A stretch of 59,113 nucleotides of DNA from an uncultured Lentisphaeria bacterium (GTDB lineage: Bacteria > Fidelibacterota > UBA8477 > JABMPR01). The stretch covers positions 1 to 59,113 of the forward strand of contig CAYXZO010000005.1 of the NCBI GenBank assembly GCA_964469505.1, in the 5' to 3' direction. Every line of letters starts with the position of its first letter. Positions within the stretch are counted from its first letter, which is position 1. Below the pieces are notes generated by a model. It searched no databases. It was given only the letters and a program-made list of their open reading frames with translations, and was not told the origin of the DNA. This document shows, piece after piece, positions 38,482 to 48,595 of the stretch. A program made the position numbers and the translations under genes.

Positions 38482-39458
38482 TGAGTTTAGGTCTTATTCT
38501 AAACCTGTTATTGATCATGGGAGCAGTTTTCATGCTCTTTTTCGGGGCTGAATGGCTGGTGCGAGGGGGGAGCAACATTGCTCGACAATTGGGGGTCAAG
38601 CCGCTGGTAGTAGGGCTCACTATTGTAGCTTTTGGAACCTCAATGCCGGAATTCGTAGTCAGCCTGATTGCCAATGTCTGGCGTGATTCGGCCACGATCG
38701 CCATCGGAAATATCATCGGCAGCAATATCACCAATGTCGGTCTAGTTTTGGGGATGAGCGCCCTCTTTTTCCCCATAAGTGTGCATTTCAGCCATGTAAA
38801 GCGGCAGCTGATATTTATGACGATGACAGGGATATTGCTGTATTTACTCTCTCTTAACGGAATTATCTCCCGTTTCGAGGGGGTGATAATGGTGTCCCTG
38901 CTGATTCTTTATGTATCCTATCTTTATCGCCATCCCGAAGAGGCAGCGGTGGAGACCATCGAAGTTGAAGATGGGTCCATTGTTAAAAACTTGTTTCTAG
39001 TGATTCTGGGTAGTGTGCTATTGTCACTAGGGGCCTGGCTATTTGTTGAGGGCGCGGTTTGGATCGCGGAAGCCCTGGGAGTGCCCAAACTGGTAGTCGG
39101 ACTGACAGTGGTGGCTTTGGGAACTTCGCTGCCGGAACTTGCGGCCTCTTTGGTAGCGGCTTTTCGACGTCATGGAGACATTTCGGTGGGGAATATCATC
39201 GGAAGTAACATATTCAATATTCTATTCATAATGGGTGGGGTAGGGCTGGTTAAACCATTGACTGTCTGGGAGAAAAAAATTGTGGCCGGGCAGGTGGTAA
39301 CCTATTTCCCCCACGCTCAATACTTGATAATGTTAGTTTTCTGCCTGGCACTTTTTCCTCTTACCTTCCACAATCGAATCGGCCGTAAGGCGGGGACCCT
39401 TCTGCTGCTTGGTTATGTAGGCTTTTATTACTATGTGTTCTATGATGCCATGCATTGA
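38481..39458 (+). CDS. Calcium/sodium antiporter (YrbG/CaCA family)
   Basis: Two alpha repeats GLTIVAFGTSMPE...GNIIGSNI and GLTVVALGTSLPE...GNIIGSNIFN. Confidence 0.93.
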   Translation: MSLGLILNLLLIMGAVFMLFFGAEWLVRGGSNIARQLGVKPLVVGLTIVAFGTSMPEFVVSLIANVWRDSATIAIGNIIGSNITNVGLVLGMSALFFPISVHFSHVKRQLIFMTMTGILLYLLSLNGIISRFEGVIMVSLLILYVSYLYRHPEEAAVETIEVEDGSIVKNLFLVILGSVLLSLGAWLFVEGAVWIAEALGVPKLVVGLTVVALGTSLPELAASLVAAFRRHGDISVGNIIGSNIFNILFIMGGVGLVKPLTVWEKKIVAGQVVTYFPHAQYLIMLVFCLALFPLTFHNRIGRKAGTLLLLGYVGFYYYVFYDAMH

Positions 39459-39558
39459 TCAGGATTAAAATCGCCCTAACGGCAGGGTGCCGAATTAAAA
39501 AATGAACTTTAGATCCCTCTATTCTGAAAACCATGATTGAACATATTTGCCAAGCTAC

Positions 39559-40239
39559 ATGCAATACTCGCAGCCGATAATCAGCTTCAACAAGGTCGGT
39601 TTGGACTTTGATGGGCCGCCGATTCTGCGGCGGGTAAGCTTTACCATTGAAAAAGGCGAGTTTGTGTACCTGGTAGGGCCCTCGGGGGCCGGGAAGTCCA
39701 GCTTGCTGAAACTTATTTTCATGGATCTATTTCCTACTGCCGGGGAAGTAAAAGTCTTGAATTATTCTTCCAACACTATCAAGCGTCGACAGATTCCAAA
39801 GCTCAGGCGACGGCTGGGCATGGTTTTCCAGGACTATATGCTACTGGATGATAGGAATGTTTTTGAAAACGTAGCCTTGCCGCTGGAGATAATGGGGGTA
39901 TCTCATAGGGAGATCGAGAGACGGGTCAACCGAGTGCTGGAAGAAGTAGGGCTAACCCATCGGCGCTTTTTCTCGCCCTCGGAATTATCAGGAGGCGAAC
40001 AACAGCGAGTCTCTATTGCCCGGGCGGTGGTGAAAGATCCCATGGTTTTGCTGGCCGACGAACCCACGGGCAATCTGGATATGGCTGTTTCTTTGGAAAT
40101 CCTGGAACTGCTGTGGCGCGTTCAGGAAAAGGGTACCGCGGTTATTATGGCCAGTCATGATATGGAGCTGTTGAAACATCGCCGGGCCCGTATGTTACGC
40201 CTTGTTGAAGGCGAAATCAAAGAGGGCTGGCCGCTGTGA
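39559..40239 (+). CDS. ftsE: Cell division ATP-binding protein FtsE (alternative TTG start 39547)
   Basis: GPSGAGKSSLLK, RRRLGMVFQDY, LSGGEQQRV, LLADEPTGNLD; upstream of ftsX. Confidence 0.93.
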   Translation: MQYSQPIISFNKVGLDFDGPPILRRVSFTIEKGEFVYLVGPSGAGKSSLLKLIFMDLFPTAGEVKVLNYSSNTIKRRQIPKLRRRLGMVFQDYMLLDDRNVFENVALPLEIMGVSHREIERRVNRVLEEVGLTHRRFFSPSELSGGEQQRVSIARAVVKDPMVLLADEPTGNLDMAVSLEILELLWRVQEKGTAVIMASHDMELLKHRRARMLRLVEGEIKEGWPL

Positions 40240-41111
40240 TTTTAGGTTTCATTCTAAGAGAAGGCTTTTCGGCCTATAGGCGGGCTAAACTGCCCTTTAC
40301 TATTTCGATTCTGACCATAGCCCTTTCGGTTACCATGATCGGTGTAGGCATGTTCGCCGTGGATAATATGTTGCTGTTCCTGGAGAATCTACAATCGGAT
40401 TTCGACGTGGAGATTTTCTTCCAGCCGGATGCTTCCGATGGCCAGATTGAATCCGCCGCCCGCAAGATAGCAGCACATCCCTATGTGAGTCGTTTCGTCT
40501 ATATTTCCAAGGAGGATGCTGCGGAAAAGTTTGCCGAAGCTTTCGGAGAGGACGTCTATACTCTCCTGGACTACAATCCATTACCGGCGTCAATTCAAGT
40601 GTTCTTCAAGAAAGTTTATCGTACCCCGACCTATATCGCATCCTTTTTAAGGGAGGTGCAAAAAATGCCCGGGGTGGATGAGATTAATTACAAAAAAGAT
40701 CTAATTGCCCGCCTGCAGAAGGTACTGCACTTTATCATCCTCGCTGGCGGTGTAGTGCTATTTTTCCTATTTCTGGGAGCTGTGTTCCTGACCTCCAATA
40801 CTATTAAGCTTAGCATTATGAGTCGCTTTGATTTTATAGAGACCCTGCGTTTGATTGGGGCTGGTGATTTCACCATTAAGGCTCCATTCTTGTTGGAAGG
40901 CGTGATCCAAGGGTTTCTGGGAGGATTGTTAGCTATCGGTGCACTCTATGGCTTGTTTGTCACCCTTACCAGGTTGTTCCAGGGACAATTCCATTTGGAA
41001 GGAATTCAGGAAGTTCCCCTGGCCGCGCTTGTGCTGCTTTTGTTGGGTATTTTCTTAGGTTACCTGGGAAGCCTGCGCGCCGTAAGACGTTTCGTAAAGC
41101 TTGTTATTTAA
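40236..41111 (+). CDS. ftsX: Cell division permease FtsX
   Basis: YISKEDA, NPLPASI, SNTIKLSI, LIGAGDFTIKAPFLLEG. Confidence 0.93.
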   Translation: MILGFILREGFSAYRRAKLPFTISILTIALSVTMIGVGMFAVDNMLLFLENLQSDFDVEIFFQPDASDGQIESAARKIAAHPYVSRFVYISKEDAAEKFAEAFGEDVYTLLDYNPLPASIQVFFKKVYRTPTYIASFLREVQKMPGVDEINYKKDLIARLQKVLHFIILAGGVVLFFLFLGAVFLTSNTIKLSIMSRFDFIETLRLIGAGDFTIKAPFLLEGVIQGFLGGLLAIGALYGLFVTLTRLFQGQFHLEGIQEVPLAALVLLLLGIFLGYLGSLRAVRRFVKLVI

Positions 41112-41154
41112 TAACTTACGAACCTAATCCACCGTTAAAACTGGGATTTAGACC

Positions 41155-41186
41155 TTGCTTTGATATTGGGGTGAGGATATTATAAT
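41155..41186 (+). promoter_or_regulatory. Probable sigma70 promoter of hrcA
   Basis: TTGCTT-17-TATTAT, overlapping a perfect TATAAT at 41181. Confidence 0.45.
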
Positions 41187-41192
41187 TCCGCC

Positions 41193-42242
41193 ATGGTAAA
41201 GAATAAAAAACAAGCCATATCATCACTATCTGAACGTGATGAACAAGTCCTGGCAGCCTTGATCAGGGATTACGTCAGGAGGGGTGTCCCGGTTGGCTCC
41301 CAACGGATTGTGGATATTAGTAGTTTACCGGTCCGGGCGGCCACCATCAGGGCCATTTTACACCGTTTGGAAGAATCCGGTTTTTTATATCAACCTCATA
41401 CGTCAGCAGGACGAATTCCCACTGCTAAAGGCTACCGTTATTATATCGATTATTTAATGGCCCCACAGAAACCGGGTCCAAGCATGCAGCGCAAATATCA
41501 ACGCTTCCTAAAACGCTTCGCCCGGGATATGGATCGACTCATTGAGCAAACCAGCCGTTTCCTCGGAGCTGAGGCGGCTTCGCTGGTCATTATCAGCAAA
41601 CCGGTATATGCCCTGGCTACCATCAAGAGTGTTCAGTTAGTGGATCTGGATGCCGAACACTTACTTCTGGTAGTACATCTGAATCATGGTTATCTGAAAA
41701 CTACGGCCCTCAAAGTTCGTAATCCCATTCCCCGGTCGGCTCTAAGGGAAGCTGAAGCTATTTTAGAGGATCTTTTCGGGGGTTACACTCTGGAAGAAGT
41801 TATCAACCTGAAAGAGGAACATCGAAAACGGCTACCGGTAGTGAGTAACTCCATGGTAGATCTGGTTTTGACCAATTTGAAGTCGGTGATAGAGAGTTTG
41901 ACTACTCCTCGTTACACTTATTACGGGACCTATCAACTGCTGCAATATCCGGAATTTGCCGAGGCTGAGCGAATAGAGCCGCTGCTGGAACATCTGGAGG
42001 ATCAAACTTTGTACCGGGACTTGCCGGTAGTCACTTCTTACCGTGAACCCCAGGTGTTCATAAGTAGCGAAGCAGGCCGACATTATTTGAAACCTTTTTC
42101 AGTTCTCTCCATCAGATATGCCGGGAACTTTTTTGAAGGAACGATTCATTTGATTGGGCCGATGCGGATGTATTATGAACGGAACTACGGTTGGCTGACG
42201 TATACAGCAGAGGAGATAAGTCGTTTTCTGGGGAGAGTATGA
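41193..42242 (+). CDS. hrcA: Heat-inducible transcription repressor HrcA
   Basis: PVGS, ATIR..L..LEESGFLYQPHTSAGRIPTAKGYRYYID, GTIHLIGPMRMYY; precedes grpE. Confidence 0.92.
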   Translation: MVKNKKQAISSLSERDEQVLAALIRDYVRRGVPVGSQRIVDISSLPVRAATIRAILHRLEESGFLYQPHTSAGRIPTAKGYRYYIDYLMAPQKPGPSMQRKYQRFLKRFARDMDRLIEQTSRFLGAEAASLVIISKPVYALATIKSVQLVDLDAEHLLLVVHLNHGYLKTTALKVRNPIPRSALREAEAILEDLFGGYTLEEVINLKEEHRKRLPVVSNSMVDLVLTNLKSVIESLTTPRYTYYGTYQLLQYPEFAEAERIEPLLEHLEDQTLYRDLPVVTSYREPQVFISSEAGRHYLKPFSVLSIRYAGNFFEGTIHLIGPMRMYYERNYGWLTYTAEEISRFLGRV

Positions 42243-42247
42243 GGATT

Positions 42248-42850
42248 ATGAGCGAGAAAGAACAAACTGCTAAACAAGAAATTGAAACCCATAAATCACG
42301 TAGCATAAAAGAGAGCAAAGCCTCAACAAAAAAGCGTAAAAGTTCCTCTCAAGCAGAGCGAATTAAAGTGTTGGAGGCTGAAATTGAAGAACTTAAGGCT
42401 CGGCTAGAGGAGGCTGAGAAAGCCAAAGCAGCAGCGGAAGATAAGATGCTGCGGGTCGTGGCGGAGTATGAAAACGCTAAAAAGCGCCAGGAACGGGAAT
42501 TACAGCGCTGGCGGGAACGCGAACAGGAACGCCTGGTGCGAGGGTTATTGCCGTTGATTGACAATCTGGAGCGCTCCGCCAAATTCGAAAATGATGGCGA
42601 AGACAAAGAAGGCAGACATAAAATGGGTATTAAGCTGATTCTAGAACAGTTCCAAAAATACTTGAAGGATGAACTGGGAGTGGAGGCCTTCGACCCCCAA
42701 GGGGAGGTTTTTGACCCTGAGCTTCATGAAGCCATGATTACCCGCCACGAGGATGGAGTGGAACAGGGGCGTATCCTGGAAGTTTTTGAGCGGGGATACC
42801 GGATGGGAGAGCGGATAATTCGTCATGCTAAGGTAGTAGTGAGTCAGTAA
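42248..42850 (+). CDS. grpE: Nucleotide exchange factor GrpE
   Basis: ATG after GAGG; [49 protein letters not shown]. Confidence 0.95.
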   Translation: MSEKEQTAKQEIETHKSRSIKESKASTKKRKSSSQAERIKVLEAEIEELKARLEEAEKAKAAAEDKMLRVVAEYENAKKRQERELQRWREREQERLVRGLLPLIDNLERSAKFENDGEDKEGRHKMGIKLILEQFQKYLKDELGVEAFDPQGEVFDPELHEAMITRHEDGVEQGRILEVFERGYRMGERIIRHAKVVVSQ

Positions 42851-43989
42851 TGCCGCGCGATTATTATGAAGTCCTCGGAGTATCACGAGACGCCACCCAG
42901 GAAGAAATAAAAAAAGCTTACCGCAAGCTGGCGCTGAAATATCATCCCGACCGCAATCCCGGTAATAAGGAAGCGGAGCAGAAGTTCAAGGAAGCGGCAG
43001 AAGCTTATGCCGTCTTAAGCGACGAAGAAAAACGAGCTCAGTACGACCGCTTTGGTCATGCCGGCCTGAAGGGTTCTAACGGTGGACCTTTCACCGGATT
43101 CAGGGATATGGGGATTGAGGATATCTTCAGCCAGTTCCAGGATATTTTCGGCGATTTTGGGGGTTTCTCGGATCTGTTCGGGGGCGGAACCCGGACCAGA
43201 GGGGCTACCCGCAGCCGCGGATCGGATTTAAAGATTCGTCTGAAATTAACTCTGGAGGAAATTGCCACTGGGGTCTCAAAGAAGCTCAAAATTAAGCGCT
43301 GGGAAACTTGCCAAGCCTGCGGTGGAAGTGGTGCGGCTGATTCCAGCTCCATAACTGTTTGCGATACCTGCCAGGGTGCAGGTCGGGTTCGCCATGTGAG
43401 TCGCTCTTTCTTCGGGCAGTTTATTAACGAGCAAATATGTCCCCAGTGCGGCGGTACGGGTAAAATGATTAGGAATCCCTGTCGGGTTTGCCACGGTGAA
43501 GGGCGGGTAAAAACTGATGCCGTAATCACCGCTAAAATACCGGCGGGGGTCTCTACCGGTAACTATCTGACCTTAAGAGGGGAGGGTAACGCCGGTCCCC
43601 AAGGCGGACCTCCAGGGGACCTCATCGTACTGATCGAGGAAAAAGAACATCCTCTTTTTGTGAGACAGGATGACGATATCTATCTGGAAGTGGAGATTCC
43701 TCTACATATCGCAGTAAACGGCGGTAATATCGAGGTTCCAACCCTTCAGGGGAGAGTGAAATTGAAAATCGCGCCGGGTACCCAGTCCGGGAAATTTCTA
43801 CGGCTGCGAGGCAAGGGCATCCCCCACTTGAAGAGTCATTACGTCGGTGATCAGTATGTCAGAATTCAAGTGCGAATTCCCACCAATTTAAGTCGCCGGG
43901 AAAAAGAGCTTTTCAATGAGCTGGAGAAAATTGAAAAAGCTGCCGGGAGGGATAGTATTATAACCCGGAAAATCCCAGAGAGCGGTTAA
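42850..43989 (+). CDS. dnaJ: Chaperone DnaJ
   Basis: J domain with HPD, G/F region, four CxxCxGxG repeats, C-terminal domain. Confidence 0.98.
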   Translation: MPRDYYEVLGVSRDATQEEIKKAYRKLALKYHPDRNPGNKEAEQKFKEAAEAYAVLSDEEKRAQYDRFGHAGLKGSNGGPFTGFRDMGIEDIFSQFQDIFGDFGGFSDLFGGGTRTRGATRSRGSDLKIRLKLTLEEIATGVSKKLKIKRWETCQACGGSGAADSSSITVCDTCQGAGRVRHVSRSFFGQFINEQICPQCGGTGKMIRNPCRVCHGEGRVKTDAVITAKIPAGVSTGNYLTLRGEGNAGPQGGPPGDLIVLIEEKEHPLFVRQDDDIYLEVEIPLHIAVNGGNIEVPTLQGRVKLKIAPGTQSGKFLRLRGKGIPHLKSHYVGDQYVRIQVRIPTNLSRREKELFNELEKIEKAAGRDSIITRKIPESG

Positions 43990-44388
43990 GTGTTGAATTT
44001 TACTACTCAGGAGCGCCGCATCCTTTTATTCCTGGCAGTATCCCTGCTGTTGGGGGGTATTCTGCGTTGGCGACAAAATCACCAGCAATTACGGGAATTG
44101 GAGGCCATAACTCCAGCACACATTGCACCACCACCCTTACAAATTCTGACTGCACCGCAAGACTCCGACTTGATCGCGAATCCGCTACCCAATTTGATCG
44201 ATATAAATGAGGCTAATGAACGGGAATTGGCAACTCTGCCAGGAATTGGGTTGAAACTGGCGCGTAGAATCGTTACTTATCGCCAAAAGCATGGGAAATT
44301 CAAACATTTGCACGATATTCAGCGCGTTCGGGGAATCGGTCCTGCATTGTACCGCCGGATTGCGCCCCGAATTACAATTTCGAAATAG
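43990..44388 (+). CDS. comEA: ComEA family helix-hairpin-helix DNA-binding protein
   Basis: N-terminal TM; IDINEANERELATLPGIGLKLARRIVTYR, LHDIQRVRGIGPALY. Confidence 0.88.
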   Translation: MLNFTTQERRILLFLAVSLLLGGILRWRQNHQQLRELEAITPAHIAPPPLQILTAPQDSDLIANPLPNLIDINEANERELATLPGIGLKLARRIVTYRQKHGKFKHLHDIQRVRGIGPALYRRIAPRITISK

Positions 44389-44397
44389 GGAGGTCCT

Positions 44398-46620
44398 GTG
44401 GCTAAAGACATTTTCGGCAACCACAAAGTAAATACCGCCATCATCATCGTATTGGCTTTTATGTTTGTCTCAGTCATCTATTTCCCCGATCGAATTTGGA
44501 GACATGAGCGGGAGCTTCGGGATATTGCCCGTTTCAGGATGGAGGCCATCAATCAAGGGGAAAAACTGTTCTATATCTTGACCGAGGAATACACCACTAG
44601 GCCAGATATCCTGTTCCATGTAGTAAACGCTTCCCGCGATAGTGCCCTGGAGAGACTCGGCGATTCCAATGCAACATTCCCAGAGACTCTGCGGTACGTC
44701 TTTCCAGGTAAACAGCTTACCATTAAATACACTCCTGAGTACCGTCAGAAATATGTCGAAGAACACGTAGCCTTATTCAAGAAACTAAAACCCAATCATT
44801 ATTTCCCACCAGAACAGGCCAAAGCCTTCATCGAAACAGTGAAGGTGTACTTCGATCGGGGCAATTTCGTAGGCGAACAATCCGTGCGGCTTGGGAAAGA
44901 CAGTCTGAGATTTACTGTCCCCGACAAGTATGACATCCTTTATCAGAACGGCAAATTTAGGATGTTTAACGTACTCACCGGTAGTGCTACTGAAGATCCT
45001 GGGTTCGCTAATCCATTGGTTAATGCGGTCCTGGATTCCCTGGAACGCAATCCGGATTTAAGTGGAGAGGTCGTATTTACCGGATTGTACCATGAGCCGA
45101 TAACCTTTTCATATACTGTTCCCGACAATTTCTCGCAGCTACTGGAACGCTCTAAAACCCAGCTTAAAAAATTCTTTAAAATCGATCCTCTGGACTCTCT
45201 GGCATACGGTGACACTCTTTACAGCATAGCTCTGGAGAAGTTTTTCACTTTCGACTCCATTCCGGAGCAATTCGAGATTACTTACCGGGATACCACCGGG
45301 GATACTGTGATCGTGAATGTCCCGGTTGATATGGAAGGGATGCAGGACGGTCTTGATAAACGGCGTAACACTCTTTATAAAGCACTCTCCGGTGGCTATC
45401 GCGAGCCCAATCCCATTATCGCTCAGAAAATCATCGATGCCGTCAAGGACTCTTTGGCCAGCGATTCGGTGTTTATCGGCACTCATAAGATTACCCTAGA
45501 CTTGTCTGAAATTCCCTTCAAAATCAGAATTGACCGTACCATTCCGCTGAACCAAATCCAGATCAATAAGGATATGTACACCCGTCTGGAACCGTGGAAG
45601 ATTGGAGTAAATCTGGATTCGGTAGCTGTGGAAGCCGTGGAGTATGTGGCTGATACATTGATGAAGAGCAGGGATTTCAAAGATTGGCAAATCTATGCTG
45701 CTGAAGGGGATTCCCTTAATTTGTTCATCCCCGAAGACTTCCTGAGAATGTACGATGACATGAATCTGCGTTTGTATAAGGCCCTAACCGGTGAATACAC
45801 CAACATTCACGACTATGCATACAATGTGATTCGTAAAGTTGAAGCTTTAGCACAGCAGGACTCCGGTTCTTATTTCGGTGAACATGTGTTAGATATTCCC
45901 GCTGATACGATCGTGGCGCGGGTTGGCTCCGACTATCCGGAAATATATGACTCTACCTTCGTGGTTTATAAAGATACGGTGGTCCAACTTCCCGATAGTA
46001 GTTTTTACGGTGTTTGGTTCCGGCTGCAGAGATATGCCGTACCGGTAGAACAGCCAGACACTCTGCCCTTCGTAAAAGCTGTTGACGGCCAGTTGTATTA
46101 CAATTTCCATCAAGCTGACTCCACCCAGGATTTCATGGTGTTTGAGTTGCGGGATAAACGACACGAAAAGGCCTTCTGGGGGGACAATCGTTATCTGGTG
46201 AGCTTCAACAACGACAGCACTCTGGATGCGGTTTTCCTCTTGATCAGTGACACCACCGGAGCTGATTCCGCCTTGCAAGCTAGTTGGAAACCCTTCACCG
46301 TCGTTTCACCTGAATTCGTGGTGGGGCCGGAAGAAAAGAGTCTGATTATGGCCAAAGACTCTTTCTACGCCTGGGTTGACACAGTTGTAGCTTTAAAGTA
46401 CCGTAAAATTCAGATTAAAAAGCCGTACAAGTTCGCTAATGAACTCAAATACTGTCCTGTGACCGGTTTACCCTTTAGAATTACTGTTAGGTACATGGTC
46501 AACCTGCGGATTGAATCGCCCATCGAGGAGAAAGTCACTTTCAGACGCTATCTGTTCTTCACGGAAGTCGATACCAACCACGGCTATATCCAGGACGGTG
46601 AGCCTAGCTGGTCCAAGTGA
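44398..46620 (+). CDS. Large membrane-anchored hypothetical protein with diverged internal repeats
   Basis: 740 aa, single N-terminal TM, recurring LY(K/N)(A/V)L(T/S)G motifs, C-terminal CPVTGLPF...HGYIQDGEPSW. Confidence 0.75.
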   Translation: MAKDIFGNHKVNTAIIIVLAFMFVSVIYFPDRIWRHERELRDIARFRMEAINQGEKLFYILTEEYTTRPDILFHVVNASRDSALERLGDSNATFPETLRYVFPGKQLTIKYTPEYRQKYVEEHVALFKKLKPNHYFPPEQAKAFIETVKVYFDRGNFVGEQSVRLGKDSLRFTVPDKYDILYQNGKFRMFNVLTGSATEDPGFANPLVNAVLDSLERNPDLSGEVVFTGLYHEPITFSYTVPDNFSQLLERSKTQLKKFFKIDPLDSLAYGDTLYSIALEKFFTFDSIPEQFEITYRDTTGDTVIVNVPVDMEGMQDGLDKRRNTLYKALSGGYREPNPIIAQKIIDAVKDSLASDSVFIGTHKITLDLSEIPFKIRIDRTIPLNQIQINKDMYTRLEPWKIGVNLDSVAVEAVEYVADTLMKSRDFKDWQIYAAEGDSLNLFIPEDFLRMYDDMNLRLYKALTGEYTNIHDYAYNVIRKVEALAQQDSGSYFGEHVLDIPADTIVARVGSDYPEIYDSTFVVYKDTVVQLPDSSFYGVWFRLQRYAVPVEQPDTLPFVKAVDGQLYYNFHQADSTQDFMVFELRDKRHEKAFWGDNRYLVSFNNDSTLDAVFLLISDTTGADSALQASWKPFTVVSPEFVVGPEEKSLIMAKDSFYAWVDTVVALKYRKIQIKKPYKFANELKYCPVTGLPFRITVRYMVNLRIESPIEEKVTFRRYLFFTEVDTNHGYIQDGEPSWSK

Positions 46621-46641
46621 GGACCGGCCCGACGGACAATC

Positions 46642-47583
46642 ATGCTGGGAATTGCCGTCGACAACCAAGCATTGCACTATGCCCAGTTAGTGGACACCGG
46701 CGGGATAACTTCCATTGAAAGTGTTGGTTCGCTCGCACTGACAATTCCCACGGAAGCCTTTCTCACCGCTCCGCTACCGGCTTCATTCACCCATACCTTG
46801 GTCCAGCTTCGGGAAAAACTGGAGTTTCCCGATCGGCGGGTAATCTGCGTACTCCCCATGAGATGGGTGCCCCATTGTTTTCAACGAATGGATAAAGAAT
46901 TACCCGAATCCGATTGGCAGAAATTTTTGGACTGGCAAGGCGGCACCATCATGGAGGTGAATCCCCGTGAATATCGGTTGATACACCAGGAACTTGAGTT
47001 GGACAACGCCACCGACGTAAGGTATTTCATAAGTGTGGCATTGCCCGTAAAACTGCACATCAAACTGAAAAATGCTTTCGAGCAAGCCGATTGGAATCTG
47101 GAAAAACTCATTCTGGAATCGGAGGCGCTTGGTAACTATTTGTTACTGGATTCCATCGAGGCTGAAAGTCAGGATCTCACGGGGCTCTTCAGAACCCGTA
47201 ACCCCCAGGAAGGTCAATTTCTTCTTTTTAAAAACCAAGAATGGGTGGGGGAGACCTACTTGTTTCGTGACGCCGAAGAAACCTGGCGCACTGAGGTTGT
47301 CTGGACGGCCGTGAACGACACCTTCGCCATAGTCGATGAAGTGCGTGATGCCCTTAATGGCTTACCATCCACCCAGGACTCCCCATTTTTAAACTGGTAT
47401 TACCTGTGTCAAGCGGACGATATGCCTGAGTGGCGTGAAAATCTGGAACATTTGGGGGTGGGCCGACCGCTCTTCATGGAAGATTTATTTACGCTCAGAG
47501 ATATGCCGGAGGAAAAGCTCTCTACCTTGGCCGGCGCCATGGGAGCCTTAATTCCTTTATTGCCGTTAAATCATGCGGATTAA
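46642..47583 (+). CDS. PilM-like (actin-fold) protein, divergent
   Basis: MLGIAVDNQALHYAQL and FISVALP...AFEQADWNLEKLILESEAL resemble PilM segments; followed by an INLL-starting gene. Confidence 0.5.
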   Translation: MLGIAVDNQALHYAQLVDTGGITSIESVGSLALTIPTEAFLTAPLPASFTHTLVQLREKLEFPDRRVICVLPMRWVPHCFQRMDKELPESDWQKFLDWQGGTIMEVNPREYRLIHQELELDNATDVRYFISVALPVKLHIKLKNAFEQADWNLEKLILESEALGNYLLLDSIEAESQDLTGLFRTRNPQEGQFLLFKNQEWVGETYLFRDAEETWRTEVVWTAVNDTFAIVDEVRDALNGLPSTQDSPFLNWYYLCQADDMPEWRENLEHLGVGRPLFMEDLFTLRDMPEEKLSTLAGAMGALIPLLPLNHAD

Positions 47584-48595
47584 CCTACTCACCGATAAGG
47601 GTGTTCTGGCGGCAGTCCCTTTTCAGAGGCCGGAAGCCCCGGCTCTACCTGAAATAGAACCGATACCTTCAACAAAACCATCGGTAGCACCCCCTACCAA
47701 AGCGATTCCCTGGCGACTGGTAGCCATAGGTTTCTCTCTGGCTGCGGTTGTATTTCTACTGGTGGGCTATGCAACGAACTGGTTCGATGGAGGGCATTTC
47801 TTTGGCTTGAATCGTCCTTCACAGGAGAGTGGAGAAATAAAGTACGCAACGATCAAACAAGTTCTCCTGGAAGACAGTTTGCGTCATGTTCTAAGAGATA
47901 GAGTGTTACCCGATTCTCTCTTCAATGCTCTATTGCCGCCGCCTTCGAGAGATACGGGATTCATGTACGCTGAGATTCTACTGGAGACCTTGGCAACGAC
48001 AAGCGGACCCGTTGAAACGCAGACCACGGCTCCTAAACCCCAGCCAGTCTACGGAGGTCCCATTTGGCAACAAGAGAATCGCGGATTGCTGCTTTTAGCA
48101 GCCCACCTGGCGCAAACAGTGGATTCTTTGCAAATCCAGGGAAAGGTTAAACTTTCCAAGAGCAGGATAGATTTGCAGTTGACGGTCCCCAATAGCCGCT
48201 CTAAAACCACCCTTGATAGTATTCTCCAGCGTTTTTCAGGGGGACGGTTTGCCTGGCGCCTTGAGGGGGAGACTCTTCGACTGAACCAACCTTTAAACTT
48301 GATTTTACCTCCTTTAGCTTCTCCCGGCTATCATGGAGGCCTTTGGACACTCCTGGATTCGCTGCTCCTGCCGTATGATCGTTGGCTGGAGGCCCTGGAA
48401 GTAGATACGGCGCGGGGAATTGCCAATAACCCGGCTCAGTTCTATTTCCGCATGTCACCCAAAACAGCCGCAGAGATGTTCCGGACTTGGGCTAACAGTC
48501 CTGCTAATTACGCTATTGACTCCCTTTATCTGGTTGTTACTGCCCGCGACCAAAGCGTGACTGTTGCACTTCATTTTCTGCAAGGAGAGCTATGA
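47573..48595 (+). CDS. PilN-like bitopic membrane protein, divergent
   Basis: Starts MRINLL (PilN INLLP PilM-binding motif), Pro-rich linker, single TM, periplasmic region. Confidence 0.5.
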   Translation: MRINLLTDKGVLAAVPFQRPEAPALPEIEPIPSTKPSVAPPTKAIPWRLVAIGFSLAAVVFLLVGYATNWFDGGHFFGLNRPSQESGEIKYATIKQVLLEDSLRHVLRDRVLPDSLFNALLPPPSRDTGFMYAEILLETLATTSGPVETQTTAPKPQPVYGGPIWQQENRGLLLLAAHLAQTVDSLQIQGKVKLSKSRIDLQLTVPNSRSKTTLDSILQRFSGGRFAWRLEGETLRLNQPLNLILPPLASPGYHGGLWTLLDSLLLPYDRWLEALEVDTARGIANNPAQFYFRMSPKTAAEMFRTWANSPANYAIDSLYLVVTARDQSVTVALHFLQGEL

